From Candidatus Bathyarchaeota archaeon (GTDB taxonomy: Archaea > Thermoproteota > Bathyarchaeia > Bathyarchaeales > Bathyarchaeaceae): a stretch of 64,000 nucleotides of DNA. The position numbers and the translations under genes were made by a program. A model generated the notes under the pieces. The model was given only the letters and a program-made list of their open reading frames with translations. It searched no databases and had not been told where the DNA came from. The stretch covers positions 64,001-128,000 of the forward strand of contig CAVOMX010000025.1 in NCBI GenBank assembly GCA_963697165.1, given 5' to 3'. This document shows, one piece after another, positions 32,683 through 44,244 of the stretch (positions within the stretch are counted from its first letter, which is position 1; each line of letters starts with the position of its first letter).

Positions 32683-34881
32683 CTATTTTTTGTTTAAAGT
32701 TTCTTCTGTGTCAACTAAGGATTCTTTCAGATAGTCTTCCAGAGTCTCGCCGGGTATTACTTCGATGCTATAATCTCGTGGATCTATTGAGTGCTTGTAG
32801 TTTTTGGCTGGAACAATAACCTTCTTGAAGCCCCACATCTCCGCGGCTTTAATCTTCTCATGTAATCCGCCAACCGCTGTAACTGGAACAATATCACTTA
32901 CGCTGACATTGATTTCTCCGGTCACAGCAACATCTTGCCTGATGGGTTTTCCCTCCAGCAGCGAACAGAGGAGAATGGTCATGGTTACGCCTGCGCTTGG
33001 TCCATCCACGCTGTATGCTTGAGCAAAGTCTATGTGCGTAAAGAATTCTTGGGCAATGTCCACGCCATACTTCTGCAGGATGACACTTCTTACTTTCGCT
33101 ACGCTGTCCACGATGAACTGTTCTTGTCCGTCCTTTGCTATGCCTGTGACTTTGTAATATCCTTGCAGCGACTTGTCATATTTTTTGTCTCGTTTTTCTA
33201 GGAAACCTTTGACTGCAAGGACGTTGCCTGTCATCTCTCCGCTAAACGCGTCTTTGACTACTGCAACTCCGTAAATCTGTCCCATCTTCGCTCCTTCTGG
33301 GCTGATCTCCAGAAGCTCTCCTCTTTCGCTCATCTGATGCTCAAGAATCTGTTTCTGGATTGTCTTACAGTGCTTGTCGATGGCTTCTTTAACATGCCTC
33401 TTTTCAACAAACTCCAAGCCCTCGATCATCGCCAACGTGGCAGCTGTCTTGACGAAAGAAATCATGGGACGAAACTTAGTTGTTAACGCATTCTTTTTAT
33501 TGCTTCTCCTTCGTCCTTCGTCAACTATTTCTTCGCATGCTTCTCTGCTGAAAGGAAGCAGCCTGAACCGCGAAACCTCTTGGGCAATAAACTGGACGTA
33601 CTTGCGGCGGTTTTCGACAGTGTTTTGCATGTCATTATTCATCCGTACTACTTTGCCGTAACCGTATATCCTGTCCATAAGCGCTGGGTGAACCTGTCCG
33701 ATACTGTCAAAGTTTCCTGCGCCAACCAAGAAGCACATGCAGGGCACGGGCTCTGTAGCCACTGCCATGGCGGCTGTTCCTCCTGCTCCGCTTAAACGGC
33801 TTCGCATGGTTACGGGCAGTTGTCCATCTTCTAGGACTGTCAGCAGCGTGATTGCTTCGTCTGGCTGCATGTTTTTGATTTCGTCAATGTATAGGATGCC
33901 GAGGTGGGCTCGGTGGACGTCTCCAGCGCTTACCCTTTGATGCTCTGGAGTGCCAAGTCCTCCTGTTTGTAGGGGGTCCCATGCGATGCTTCCGAACAGT
34001 TGGGCTGAGCCGTGTCCTGTTGCATCAAGGAATGGGGCAACATTTTTGGAATTATCCACTATGAATTTTGGAACACTCGTTGCTTTTGCTCCACCTATTC
34101 CTTTGGCGTTTCCGAGTACCCCGAAGCGTCCTAGTACATTTACTAGAATCAGGAACATGAGCATCATTCCGGCTGGCAGAAAAGTTATGCTTCCAATAGA
34201 CACGAAGCTGTCTATCATGTATTTGCTGAAGTCGCCGTTGTTGACTGTTTGAAGCGGTTCTCCAAATCCGGTCATGGCGTTTGTGTCCCAAGCAACTTTC
34301 TCTTGCCACAGATAATAGAAGCCAGCAAACATGAAGATGGAGGCAACAATTATCATTAGATAGATTATAGCTTTGATTCCGAGACGCTGAAGAAACAGTT
34401 TCTTGGCTTCTTTCAGTTTTTGTTTAAGTATAATCCTTTTTCCTTCACCAGCGGGATGACAAGAGATTTTTGGTTCACTGGGGTTTATGTTGTTTTGCCA
34501 GCATATTACATCTTGAAGCTTAATGTCCTCTTTCTTGTAAAGGTCTGTCATGTGGACAGAGAGGGCTCTTCCGATCAGGGATTTTCCTGTTCCGGGGTCT
34601 CCCAGCAAAAGCAGGTATGGTCCGGGGGGGGCGGTTTTGGTGATTTGGGGTTTCTCTTTGTCTGGGTCCTTCCATGCCTCATACCATTTTTCTTCTTTGA
34701 GGTTCTTGAGTTTGTGGACCCATTCTTCTAGACAGAGGTAGCACTCTTTTAGTGCTCGTTCTTGTCCTATGACCCACTCGAGAAGGTTGTCGGAAACTTG
34801 GTAGTCCTTAGTGGATTCGAAGTTTTTCCAGTCCCAGTTCTTGCCGCGGATAATCTCTTCATCTTCTCCGAAGTAGCCCAA
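32683..34881 (-). CDS. lonB: Archaeal membrane-bound Lon protease (LonB type)
   Basis: GDPGTGKS, two TM segments, LYIDEI, GPSAG catalytic Ser, EKIKAA catalytic Lys. Confidence 0.9.
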   Translation of the reverse strand: MGYFGEDEEIIRGKNWDWKNFESTKDYQVSDNLLEWVIGQERALKECYLCLEEWVHKLKNLKEEKWYEAWKDPDKEKPQITKTAPPGPYLLLLGDPGTGKSLIGRALSVHMTDLYKKEDIKLQDVICWQNNINPSEPKISCHPAGEGKRIILKQKLKEAKKLFLQRLGIKAIIYLMIIVASIFMFAGFYYLWQEKVAWDTNAMTGFGEPLQTVNNGDFSKYMIDSFVSIGSITFLPAGMMLMFLILVNVLGRFGVLGNAKGIGGAKATSVPKFIVDNSKNVAPFLDATGHGSAQLFGSIAWDPLQTGGLGTPEHQRVSAGDVHRAHLGILYIDEIKNMQPDEAITLLTVLEDGQLPVTMRSRLSGAGGTAAMAVATEPVPCMCFLVGAGNFDSIGQVHPALMDRIYGYGKVVRMNNDMQNTVENRRKYVQFIAQEVSRFRLLPFSREACEEIVDEGRRRSNKKNALTTKFRPMISFVKTAATLAMIEGLEFVEKRHVKEAIDKHCKTIQKQILEHQMSERGELLEISPEGAKMGQIYGVAVVKDAFSGEMTGNVLAVKGFLEKRDKKYDKSLQGYYKVTGIAKDGQEQFIVDSVAKVRSVILQKYGVDIAQEFFTHIDFAQAYSVDGPSAGVTMTILLCSLLEGKPIRQDVAVTGEINVSVSDIVPVTAVGGLHEKIKAAEMWGFKKVIVPAKNYKHSIDPRDYSIEVIPGETLEDYLKESLVDTEETLNKK

Positions 34882-35207
34882 ATTTTTCCCTCATGAACTT
34901 TTTCTGCTAATCATTTTGTAGGGTTTGCACAGGCTTTCATTGAGAGCATATGCTGTCCTGAAACAATGAGGTCGTTGTAGACGAAGATAAAACCCTATTA
35001 CGAAACCGAATATATTACGGAAAGAGAGTGTATACGCATTTTTCTTGGAATTTTTGAAGAATGAGTGGATAATTTTTTTGGTTTTTTCGATTTATTGTGT
35101 TGTATCCTTTCTGGAATTCTAAAATTCTTGGTATATATTGACCCAGAAGATTTTATTAGCGAGTAGCTTTGGAAATGTTAGTCACAGGTTATTGTAGGGG
35201 AAACAGG

Positions 35208-36008
35208 ATGAAGGATAGTATTGCGGTTATTGGTGCGGGGGTAATAGGCGGATCTGTAGTTAAGAGTCTTTTGAAGAGCGGATACGAAGGCAAAATTACG
35301 GTCTCTGAAATACAGCAGGAAAAAGCTAGGGAACTAGAGCAGTTGGGCGTAACCTTGACCAGCGATAACAGGAAAGCAGCAAGAAAAGCTGATGTTGTTT
35401 TCTTGTGTGTGAAGCCGAATGTTTTGAAGACTGTTTTGAAGGAGATAAGTAAAGAGGTTGAGGAAAAGCTTGTGATTTCTACGGCTGCAGCGGTTACTGT
35501 TAATTTTTGTAAGCGTGTGGTGCCTAAGGCTCATTTTGTGCGGATTATGCCTAATGTTGCGATTCTAGTTCAGGAGTCTTTTACTGCATACTCTTGCGAC
35601 GATGACGTGACCAAGGAGGACAAGGAGAAGGTCAAGGAGATTCTTGGCGTGATGGGAATAGCCATGGAAATTGAAGAGCAGTATATGGATGCTGTTACTG
35701 CAGTTAGTGGGAGCGGTCCCGGCTACATTTCGGTTATAATTGAAGCTATCGTATATGCGGGCTTGAAGGTTGGTTTGCCAAGAGATTTGGCTTTGATTAG
35801 TGCGGCTCAGGCTGTTCTTGGAACCGCGAAGCTTGTGTTGGAGACGGGGCAGACTCCTGCTCAGATACGCGATAATGTCACGACTCCGGGGGGAACCACT
35901 ATCGAAGCCATTTATGAGGTTGAAGGTAGCGATGTTAGGCAGGCTTTGATGAGGGCGGTTGAGGCAGCAACCAAGAAGAGCGAGAAGATTAGGAGGCAGT
36001 GGGAATAA
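35208..36008 (+). CDS. proC: Pyrroline-5-carboxylate reductase
   Basis: IGAGVIG, RIMPN, SGSGPGY and VTTPGGTT motifs. Confidence 0.93.
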   Translation: MKDSIAVIGAGVIGGSVVKSLLKSGYEGKITVSEIQQEKARELEQLGVTLTSDNRKAARKADVVFLCVKPNVLKTVLKEISKEVEEKLVISTAAAVTVNFCKRVVPKAHFVRIMPNVAILVQESFTAYSCDDDVTKEDKEKVKEILGVMGIAMEIEEQYMDAVTAVSGSGPGYISVIIEAIVYAGLKVGLPRDLALISAAQAVLGTAKLVLETGQTPAQIRDNVTTPGGTTIEAIYEVEGSDVRQALMRAVEAATKKSEKIRRQWE

Positions 36009-36060
36009 AACAGTTAAGTTGACCAAAACGTTAATCCAATAATTTAACGAGTGTATAGTT

Positions 36061-36586
36061 ATGCCAGAAGAGAAGATTGTTGTCCTCATGGGGTCTCCAA
36101 GAGATCTACAGTTTGCAGCCAAAATCAAGAGTTTTCTGAAAAAGGAAAAATTTCCAGTCAGTTGCGTTTACAATGTTGCTTCTGCTCATAGGACTCCAGA
36201 AAAACTGTTGAATGACTTGCAAAGGAAATGAGAAAAGCAAAAGCAGTATCGTCTATGTTACGGTTGCTGGTTTGTCGGATGCTCTTTCAGGAGTTGTTGC
36301 AGGTTACACCCGTTTTCCTGTTATTGCTTGTCCTCCGGATTCTGAAGAACATGGAGGCATTAAGGTTTTTTCTTCGACTGCGATGCCTAATGGGATCCCT
36401 GTTGCCTATGTTGCTAAGCCAGAAAACGCTGCTCTAGCTGCTATCAGAATTTTTGCCTTAACTAACCCTGAACTAAAAGAACAATTGGACAAGTTTAAGC
36501 AAAAAATGGCAAAAGCAGTCTACGATGGAGCAGAAGAAGTAAAGAAAATAACCGAAAAAAAAGACGTTAATAGACTAGCAGTCTAA
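36061..36586 (+). CDS. purE: AIR carboxylase / N5-CAIR mutase (frameshift near 36228)
   Basis: VLMGSPRD...ASAHRTPE, then VAGLSDALSG...PVIACPP. Confidence 0.88.
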
Positions 36587-36725
36587 GAAAAAGTTTGTTT
36601 TCAAAAATCAGCTGTTATTAGTCTCCTAATATGACGGCGTATTCTTCAGAACTGGTTATGTTTAGTTGTTGTGGACCAGCGTAACTTATAAGAAAACCTC
36701 GCCAATGAAAAAGGTGTGGAACGCT

Positions 36726-37802
36726 ATGTCTAAGAAGCTTACTTACTCTGAGGCGGGCGTGGACAGGGAAACGAGGGTAAAATCTAAAGAAGCTCTGTCT
36801 ATGTTGAAGCAGACCTACACTTTGGGCAAATACGGAAAAGTCGTTGAGCTGCCTTACGGTAACATCTTCCTTGCAGGCGACCGCTACCTAGACCTTGTAA
36901 TAGAGGGGGTTGGAACCAAAGTTCTCCTGGCGCAGCTAGCCGACAAGTACGACACCATCGGAGTGGACGGGGTTGCAATGGCAGTCAACGACGTGATACG
37001 CTCAGGCGCTACTCCTTTGGCTTTGGTTGACAACTTTCATGCCCACGTCTCCGACCCAGATTTGGTTAGAGAGTGGTTGAAGGGTATAGTGAAGGGCGCA
37101 GAAGAGTCGAATTGTCCAGTTCCCGGAGGCGAAATCGGAGACGTAGCATCCATCATAAAGGGTTTAACCGAAGGAAAAGGCTTCGACTTGATTGTCGCCA
37201 GTGTAGGTGACGTTTTAGAAGAGAATATTATCACTGGAACAGCCATCAAGGCGGGGGATGTTGTTGTGGGCATACGAAGTTCGGGTGTTCACAGCAACGG
37301 AATCTCGTTGGTAAGAAAAGTTCTGTTCAAGGAGTGGGGTGGCAAATACGAGCCCTTCGATGTTCCAGACGGCTTCGACAGGGAAGTCGTTTACGAGGCA
37401 TTGGAGCCTACAAAAATTTATGTTAAATCTTTCCTGAACACCACAAAACAGGTCAAAGTGAAAGGTGCAATTCACATTACAGGAGATGCCTACGTCAAGT
37501 TTGACCGATTTATGAAGTATTCCAAAGGAATCGGCTTCGAGTTCGATAACTTCAAACCACAACCAATCTTTGGGCTGATTCAAGAGACCGCGCCTGAGGT
37601 TGCCGGCGTAATAACCGATGAGGAGATGTTAAAAACATTCAATATGGGCTGGGGCTTCGCCATTGTAGTAGACAAGAACGAAGAAGACGAGGCAATATCA
37701 GTAATCGAGAAAAGCGGAGCAGAAGCCGAAAGTGTCGGAAAGGTAACGGATTCGGGAAGAATTGTTGCAAGATACAAAGACAAAAAGCTGGAGCTACGGT
37801 AA
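36726..37802 (+). CDS. purM: AIR synthase
   Basis: TYSEAGVD, EGVGTK, SSGVHSNG, HITG and TFNMGWG motifs. Confidence 0.93.
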   Translation: MSKKLTYSEAGVDRETRVKSKEALSMLKQTYTLGKYGKVVELPYGNIFLAGDRYLDLVIEGVGTKVLLAQLADKYDTIGVDGVAMAVNDVIRSGATPLALVDNFHAHVSDPDLVREWLKGIVKGAEESNCPVPGGEIGDVASIIKGLTEGKGFDLIVASVGDVLEENIITGTAIKAGDVVVGIRSSGVHSNGISLVRKVLFKEWGGKYEPFDVPDGFDREVVYEALEPTKIYVKSFLNTTKQVKVKGAIHITGDAYVKFDRFMKYSKGIGFEFDNFKPQPIFGLIQETAPEVAGVITDEEMLKTFNMGWGFAIVVDKNEEDEAISVIEKSGAEAESVGKVTDSGRIVARYKDKKLELR

Positions 37803-37872
37803 AGGGTTTAACTTTTCATTTAAATTTTTAAATAGATAAGATTTAAATTTTGATTTTTTACTAACAATCACA

Positions 37873-38121
37873 ATGTATCGCGCAAGAATCGAAGTCAGCC
37901 TCAAACCGGGGCACTCAGACCCAGAAGGAGAAATGACAGTCCAATCCCTAAAGGAACTAAAGTTCTCCGCCAAAAAAGTCAACGTAAGCAAAGTTTACAC
38001 AATAGTTTTTGAAGCCGAAAACAAACAGAAAGCCGAACAGGCAGTAGAAGAGATGTGCAGAAAACTCCTTGCTAACCCAACAAAAGACAACTACAGCTTC
38101 AAAATAGAGGAAGAAAAATGA
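37873..38121 (+). CDS. purS: FGAM synthase subunit PurS
   Basis: LKPGHSDPEG and MCRKLLANP motifs. Confidence 0.93.
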   Translation: MYRARIEVSLKPGHSDPEGEMTVQSLKELKFSAKKVNVSKVYTIVFEAENKQKAEQAVEEMCRKLLANPTKDNYSFKIEEEK

Positions 38122-40493
38122 GCCGCTACGTCAAAAAAGACGTGCCCTTCGAACTCGTAGAAATAAACCTGAAAAACGCTGACGACAAGCAACTCGCCAA
38201 AATCAGCAGCGAAATGGGAATCGGCTTAAACCATAGCGAAATGAGGCTGGTACAAAATTACTTCTCACGCAAAAACCGTAACCCAACAGACGTGGAACTA
38301 CAGACCATCGGACAAACATGGTCTGAGCACTGTTACCACAAAACCTTCAAAGGAGACATAAAAACGCCAGAAGGCGAAATCCGTAGCCTATTCAAAACCT
38401 ACATCGCCAAAGCAACAGAAGAACTAGACCCCGAATGGTGCATATCCGTGTTCGAGGACAACGCGGGAATAATCGAGTTTGACAAAAACTATGCAATCGC
38501 AGCAAAGGTTGAAACCCACAACCACCCCTCCGCCATAGAGCCTTTTGGAGGAGCTGCCACAGGAACAGGCGGTGTAATACGCGACATACTCGCAGTTTGG
38601 GCTGACCCCATAGCATGCACAGATGTGCTCTGTTTTGGTCCACTAGATTATGATTACAATAAGCTTCCTCCCGGAACAAAACACCCAAAATACGTTTACA
38701 GAGGCGTAGTTGCGGGGATAGGCAGCTACGGAAACAACATGGGAATCCCAACAGTCAACGGGGCCATAAACTTTGACGAAAGCTACGTCGGCAACGTAGT
38801 AGTCTACTGTGGTTGTGTTGGGATTCTTCCAAAAGTCAAGTTTGTGAAAGACACCAGAGCAGGAGACATAGCACTTCTTGTTGGCGGAGAAACCGGAAGA
38901 GACGGAATCCACGGCGTCACCTTCGCCTCGGCAGAACTAACCAAAGAATCCGAGGAAATTTCACGTCCCGCAGTTCAAATCGCAAACCCCATAGAGGAAG
39001 AACGAGTCAAACGAGCCATAGTTAAGTTGCGAGATGAGGGTTTAGCCTCAGCCATAACAGACATAGGCGGAGGCGGAATCTCGTGTGGAACAGGAGAAAT
39101 GGCTGAACGCTCAAACCTTGGAATTCACGTTTACCTAGAAAAGATTCCCCTAAAGTATCAGGGCTTGACGCCATGGGAAATCTACGTCTCCGAATCACAA
39201 GAACGGATGCTCATCTCTGTTCCAGAAAAGAACTTGGAGAAAGCCTGGAAATTTTTGAAACCGAAAACGTCAAGGCAACATCCATAGGCAAATTCACAAC
39301 GGACGGAATCCTACAAGTAACATACAGGGGACAAACCAGTCGCGGAACTGGACATCGACTTCGTTTTTGATCCCCCAAAATTTGTGGGAACCACAGAATG
39401 GCAGCCACTCAAACTGGAAAGGCCAACATTTCCAGAGCCAACAGACCTAACCAAAGAACTCTTTGGGCTGCTTTCTTTGCCGAACATCGCAAGCAAAGAA
39501 TCGGTGATAAGAACCTACGACCACGAAGTTAAAGGAAACACGGCACTAAAGCCCCTACAAGGCAAGTATGGCGGACCAAATGACGCTGCAGTCCTAAAAC
39601 CCTTACCAGATTCGTGGAAGGGAGTAGTCATCTCCAGCGGAATGAACACCAACTACGGCAAAATCGACACATACTGGATGGCAGCCTCAGGAATAGACGA
39701 GGCAATAAGAAACAATGTTGCCGTGGGCGGAAGAAGAATCGCACTTCTTGACAACTTCACTTGGGGAAACCCACAAAAGCCCGACAGACTCGGCTCGCTA
39801 GTACGCGCATGCAAGGCGTGCTACGATTTTGCCAAGGGCTTCCAGACGCCATTTATTTCAGGAAAAGACAGTCTCTACAACGAATCGCCAATGGGGCCAG
39901 TAACGCCAACGCTGCTAATAACAGCAATCGGAGTAACCCCGGACATACGAAAAACGGTATCCATGGAGCTAAAACAGCCCGGAAACATCATTTACATGGT
40001 CGGCAAGACCTACGCCGAGCTGGGAGGTAGCCACTACTACCAAAACAGAGGCTTCCTAGGAAACTCTGTTCCAAAAGTGAGAATAGAACAGGCAAAGAAA
40101 ACAATGGATCGGATTACAGAAGCCATCGACAAAGGCTACTTACGGTCATGCCACGACCTTTCAGAAGGAGGATTAGCAGTTGCCTCTGCGGAGATGGCTT
40201 TCAGCAGCGGATACGGAATAGAACTGGACCTCAGGAAGGTTCCCAGAACCAAAGAATTAACTGCAGAAACGATTTTGTTCTCTTCTCGGAATCAAACAGC
40301 AGATTCCTAGTTGAAGTAACAGAAAAACACAGAGACAGACTTCGAAGCCCTAATGAAAGACACAGATTGCGCTGAGATTGGCAAAGTCAAGAAGGACGCT
40401 TATCTTTCTGTTACTGGCTTGGATGGCAAACAGAAGATTCACGCCGATTTAGAGGAATTGAGGAGACGCTGGAAAAGCGTCCTAGGAGCATAA
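38118..40493 (+). CDS. purL: FGAM synthase subunit PurL (several frameshifts)
   Basis: WSEHCYHK, ETHNHPSAIEP, SESQERM, YDHEV and ISGKDSLYN motifs. Confidence 0.93.
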
Positions 40494-40498
40494 GTTGC

Positions 40499-41317
40499 AT
40501 GAAGGCAGAAGAGATTCGCGTCTGCGTCATGAGGGTCGGCGGAACAAACTGCGACGCCGAAACCAAAAGAGCCTTTGATGAACTGGGCGCTAGGGCAGAT
40601 GTGCTTCACCTCAACGAGATAGTGAAGAACCGAAATCTTCTAGATTATAATGCGCTTGTTTTTCCGGGCGGATTCTCGTATGGCGACTACGTAAGGGCTG
40701 GAGCCATCTGGGCTACCGGAACACTAACAAAACTTCGCAAAGACCTGAAACAGTTCGTTGAGGAAGAGAGACCAATCTTGGGAATCTGCAACGGCTTTCA
40801 GGTTCTAGTTGAAGCAGGACTATTGCCCGCCTTCGAGGGAATCAGCGAGTACCCCGAGGCAACTTTGGCAACCAATATTCCGATTGGGTACCGCTGCAAG
40901 TGGATTTACCTTAAGCACAAAAATTCTGGAAACTGCCTCTTCACAAAAAACATTCCAAGAGACAAAGTATTGCACATACCTGTGGCTCACGGAGAAGGAC
41001 GTTTCCTGTTTGCAAAAGAAAACGAAACACGTTACCTAGAGAAGCTGTATGATAACGATCAACTCGTATTCAGATACTGCAACAAAGAAGGCGACTATCC
41101 AAATGGAGAGTTTCCCATCAACCCCAACGGAGCATTCCACGACATCGCAGGCATCTGCAATCCCGCAGGAACAGTTTTTGGTTTAATGCCACATCCTGAA
41201 AGAGCATTTTATGGTTGGCAGTTGCCTGACTGGACAAAAACAGAGTCTGCGCCAATGTATGGGGACGGAAAACTGGTTTTTGAGTCGATGATGGATTACC
41301 TGAAGAGGCGCTTCTAG
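40499..41317 (+). CDS. purQ: FGAM synthase glutaminase subunit
   Basis: GTNCD, PGGFSYGD, GICNGFQ, AHGEG and MPHPER motifs. Confidence 0.95.
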   Translation: MKAEEIRVCVMRVGGTNCDAETKRAFDELGARADVLHLNEIVKNRNLLDYNALVFPGGFSYGDYVRAGAIWATGTLTKLRKDLKQFVEEERPILGICNGFQVLVEAGLLPAFEGISEYPEATLATNIPIGYRCKWIYLKHKNSGNCLFTKNIPRDKVLHIPVAHGEGRFLFAKENETRYLEKLYDNDQLVFRYCNKEGDYPNGEFPINPNGAFHDIAGICNPAGTVFGLMPHPERAFYGWQLPDWTKTESAPMYGDGKLVFESMMDYLKRRF

Positions 41318-42220
41318 AGGTCTTTTAGGTCTGCTAACTGTGGTAGTCCGGTTCTGGCGCCCATCTTTGCGACGCATCGGGAAGCAACAAAGTTTCCCAG
41401 CCTTCCACACTCAAACAAATCTTTTCTTCTTGGTAAGTCCGTAGATGAAGCCTGCACAGAAAGCGTCGCCAGCGCCAGTCGTATCCACCGCCTCCACATT
41501 GTAAGCTTCAATCAGGTGGCTCTCTTTCCCGTCCGAGACGTAGCAGCCCCTTTTGCCAAGCTTAACCGCAACTAACTCAGCACCCAACTCTAGGAACTTC
41601 TTAGCTCCTTCTCTGTAGTCCTGCCCAGTAAGCAGTTTAACTTCATTCTCGTTGGGAAACACTGCATAGCTTCTTCTGATTAGTGGCTTTAGCGCCGCCA
41701 AACCTTTTCTTGCATAGAGTGCTCCGGGGTCAAAACAGGTTTTCACGTCAGAAAGCTTGGTTATGAGCCTTTTTTGTGCGTTGAAGGGCTTTTCTGCAAC
41801 AAACGATGACAGATGCAGAAACTGTGTGCCAGAAACATAATCGATGTTGATGTCGTTGAAGTCCAACTGGTCGTTAACTCCCGGATCAACATACAATGCT
41901 CGGTCTCCCTTCGGGTCGATGTATCCCATGACCGTGCCGCTTCTGCCGTTCTCTGAGACAGTTATGCCGTTGACGTCAACGCCTTCCTGTCTAAACTCAT
42001 CCAACAGAAACTTTCCTTCACGGTCAGCGGCAACCTTCCCTATATAGCCAGTTTTCAGTTCCAGCCTAGCTAAGCCCACAACAGTGTTGGCTGCCGAGCC
42101 TCCAGCGGATTCCTTGAAGTCCGTGACGAAACCCTCTTCCTCTTCTTTGGCTATCATGTTAACCTTGAAGAGCTTGTCCAAGTTGAGGGCGCCGAACCCA
42201 ACAACATCAAAAGTCATCAA
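41314..42220 (-). CDS. PfkB family carbohydrate/nucleoside kinase (EhaT-like; C-terminal frameshift)
   Basis: GGSAANT, PNENE and DTTGAGDAF motifs. Confidence 0.9.
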
Positions 42221-43119
42221 AACAGCCCCCGCAGGCGTATTTTGTGTCTGCCCAGTTTTCCGCCATAATTACCCGCAGAAACTTTTACTACTCCATCCAC
42301 TTTTGCGGCGGCTTGTATGCCAGCCTTCATTGCAGCTTTCACTGCTTGCATTGAGGTGCCGTTTATTACAATCTCGGGAATATACTTCACGTTTTCTGGA
42401 ACCTTCGATTCTGCTCCCAACTTTTCCTTCAATGACGAACAGTATAGATGATTTGTGGTAGGACCAATCAACGGAAACTTGGTTTCAGGCTTTGAACCCG
42501 CAGAACAAACATCAAAGGGCGTTATGACGCCCGGAACCTCATGTATGGCATCTAACGCTTTTTGTCCCGCATCCATGACTGCCTTTTTGGTTTTGCACAT
42601 GAACCAGAAGTTGGCGCCCATCACACCTTTAGCGTAACCCAGCTCCGTTTCTATCAAAAAGTCAGAAACCATCAAAGGAACAACAATCAAGTTTCGCCCA
42701 TACCGCTGTTCTATCCACTCAAAACCGTCCCCACAGTGACCAACCCGCTCCATCATCCCAATCTTTCCATCAGCCTTAACCAAAGCATCAAAAACTGCAG
42801 TGAACGGCTTCACCAAAATGTCCTGCCGTATCCTAAAAGACAACTCAGTCTCAAACTTTTTCATAGACAAGTCCAGCGGCTTATTTTCGTCGATTCCTCC
42901 CCAAAACTGCAAAACAACGCCTTCCCGTCCGTCTGGCGTTTCTTTTCGGGTTAACCATTTTTCGATGCCGCCTTCGATTCTGCCGATAACTATTGCTGGC
43001 GTGGCTGTTGCATGCAGCGCTGCCCGTTCTAACACTTCTTTGTGGTCAGCGGTGACGATGACTCTGGAAAGTATTCCGTCGAAAGCTTCTGCGTATGTGT
43101 CTTCGATTTCAGCCGTCAT
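42217..43119 (-). CDS. Formylmethanofuran:H4MPT formyltransferase homologue (divergent Ftr, EhaS-like)
   Basis: [35 protein letters not shown] and [10 protein letters not shown] motifs. Confidence 0.88.
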   Translation of the reverse strand: MTAEIEDTYAEAFDGILSRVIVTADHKEVLERAALHATATPAIVIGRIEGGIEKWLTRKETPDGREGVVLQFWGGIDENKPLDLSMKKFETELSFRIRQDILVKPFTAVFDALVKADGKIGMMERVGHCGDGFEWIEQRYGRNLIVVPLMVSDFLIETELGYAKGVMGANFWFMCKTKKAVMDAGQKALDAIHEVPGVITPFDVCSAGSKPETKFPLIGPTTNHLYCSSLKEKLGAESKVPENVKYIPEIVINGTSMQAVKAAMKAGIQAAAKVDGVVKVSAGNYGGKLGRHKIRLRGLF

Positions 43120-43137
43120 AGAGTCCCCCTTCTTATG

Positions 43138-44244
43138 TTATCCTAACTTTCCTATAGCCTCTCCCCTCACGGTCTTCCTGAAAACGCGGCTTTCTCTCAT
43201 CAACCGCTCCATAGTATCGGCGGTTACTTGTTCAACCTGAGGAAAACCTTCAGGAAACAACAGAGCCATCCGCTCACCTAATTCGGGAACAGTACAGTAT
43301 TTCTCAAGCCCAGAGGAGCCCCAATCATTAACCAGCCTAAGCGCTCCCTCTTTACCCAGTCTATTGAATACTTCCGCAAGAACAGAGGTTACTGTCGTGT
43401 CGCCTGAGAGCACCGCAACATCTGATTCCCGCACAGAATAATCGTTGCCGTTAAAGGAGACGGCTAATCCACCGTTCTTTCTTACTAGCTTTAATGCTGG
43501 GGCGTCTGTTATGCTGTCGCCAACATACATTACCCTGTCAAGACTGCAATTCAGCTTCGTAACGATATCCTGCACGGCTCGTGCCTTTTCTGTTCCTCCA
43601 ACAGGATTAACCTCACGTAGCATCCTGCCCGACTCCATCGTGGGGATTTCCTTCCAGAATATTTCATCCAGCATCTCCAACGTTTCTTGGTCTCTCTGCG
43701 AAAACTTGTTTAATGAACTTGCGTTTTTGGGAATTTGAATCATGGGCAACTCCGCTATCTCCTTTCCTAACTCCTTTAGCCTCTTCGTCTCTTCGGCGGG
43801 TATGCCGTATTTGTCCATGTTCAGGCGCGTGCAGTAGGTGTTCTCGAATGGGAAACCCGTCACTGTGCACAGGGCAAAGATATACTGCTCGTAGCTGGTG
43901 CTGACTATAAACGAGGGCATAAGTTTCCTGACGAAAGTGAGCGTGTTTTGGGCTCCATGAACCAGCAGAACGTTTCTGGCAGAAAAATCCTTTATTTTTT
44001 GGTCTGTGGCACCGTAAGCCTTCAGGAAGGGAAGAATCAGCCGCAGGGTGTCTCCAGCCTTGTAGTCTGGCTTTTTGACAACATCAGAGAGAACATCATC
44101 ATATTTGCTTACAAGAGCAAAGAAGCGGTCTCCGTCCGGAACAAAACTGCTTGTCAACTCATAGGCGTTGTCGTTCTTTGAGATGGGTCCCTCACAGTCG
44201 GATACGAAAACATGCGGATTCGTTTGGGACACTTCTGCTGACAT
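43138..44244 (-). CDS. HAD-superfamily hydrolase (EhaR/COG4030-like)
   Basis: SDCEGPISKNDNA (motif I), VSTSY, MYVGDSITD and SFNGN. Confidence 0.82.
   Translation of the reverse strand: MSAEVSQTNPHVFVSDCEGPISKNDNAYELTSSFVPDGDRFFALVSKYDDVLSDVVKKPDYKAGDTLRLILPFLKAYGATDQKIKDFSARNVLLVHGAQNTLTFVRKLMPSFIVSTSYEQYIFALCTVTGFPFENTYCTRLNMDKYGIPAEETKRLKELGKEIAELPMIQIPKNASSLNKFSQRDQETLEMLDEIFWKEIPTMESGRMLREVNPVGGTEKARAVQDIVTKLNCSLDRVMYVGDSITDAPALKLVRKNGGLAVSFNGNDYSVRESDVAVLSGDTTVTSVLAEVFNRLGKEGALRLVNDWGSSGLEKYCTVPELGERMALLFPEGFPQVEQVTADTMERLMRESRVFRKTVRGEAIGKLG

Noticed and set aside
38118..40493. Programmed frameshifting in purL and other split genes
   Set aside because: Splits are numerous and scattered with no common slippery motif; sequencing indels are more parsimonious.
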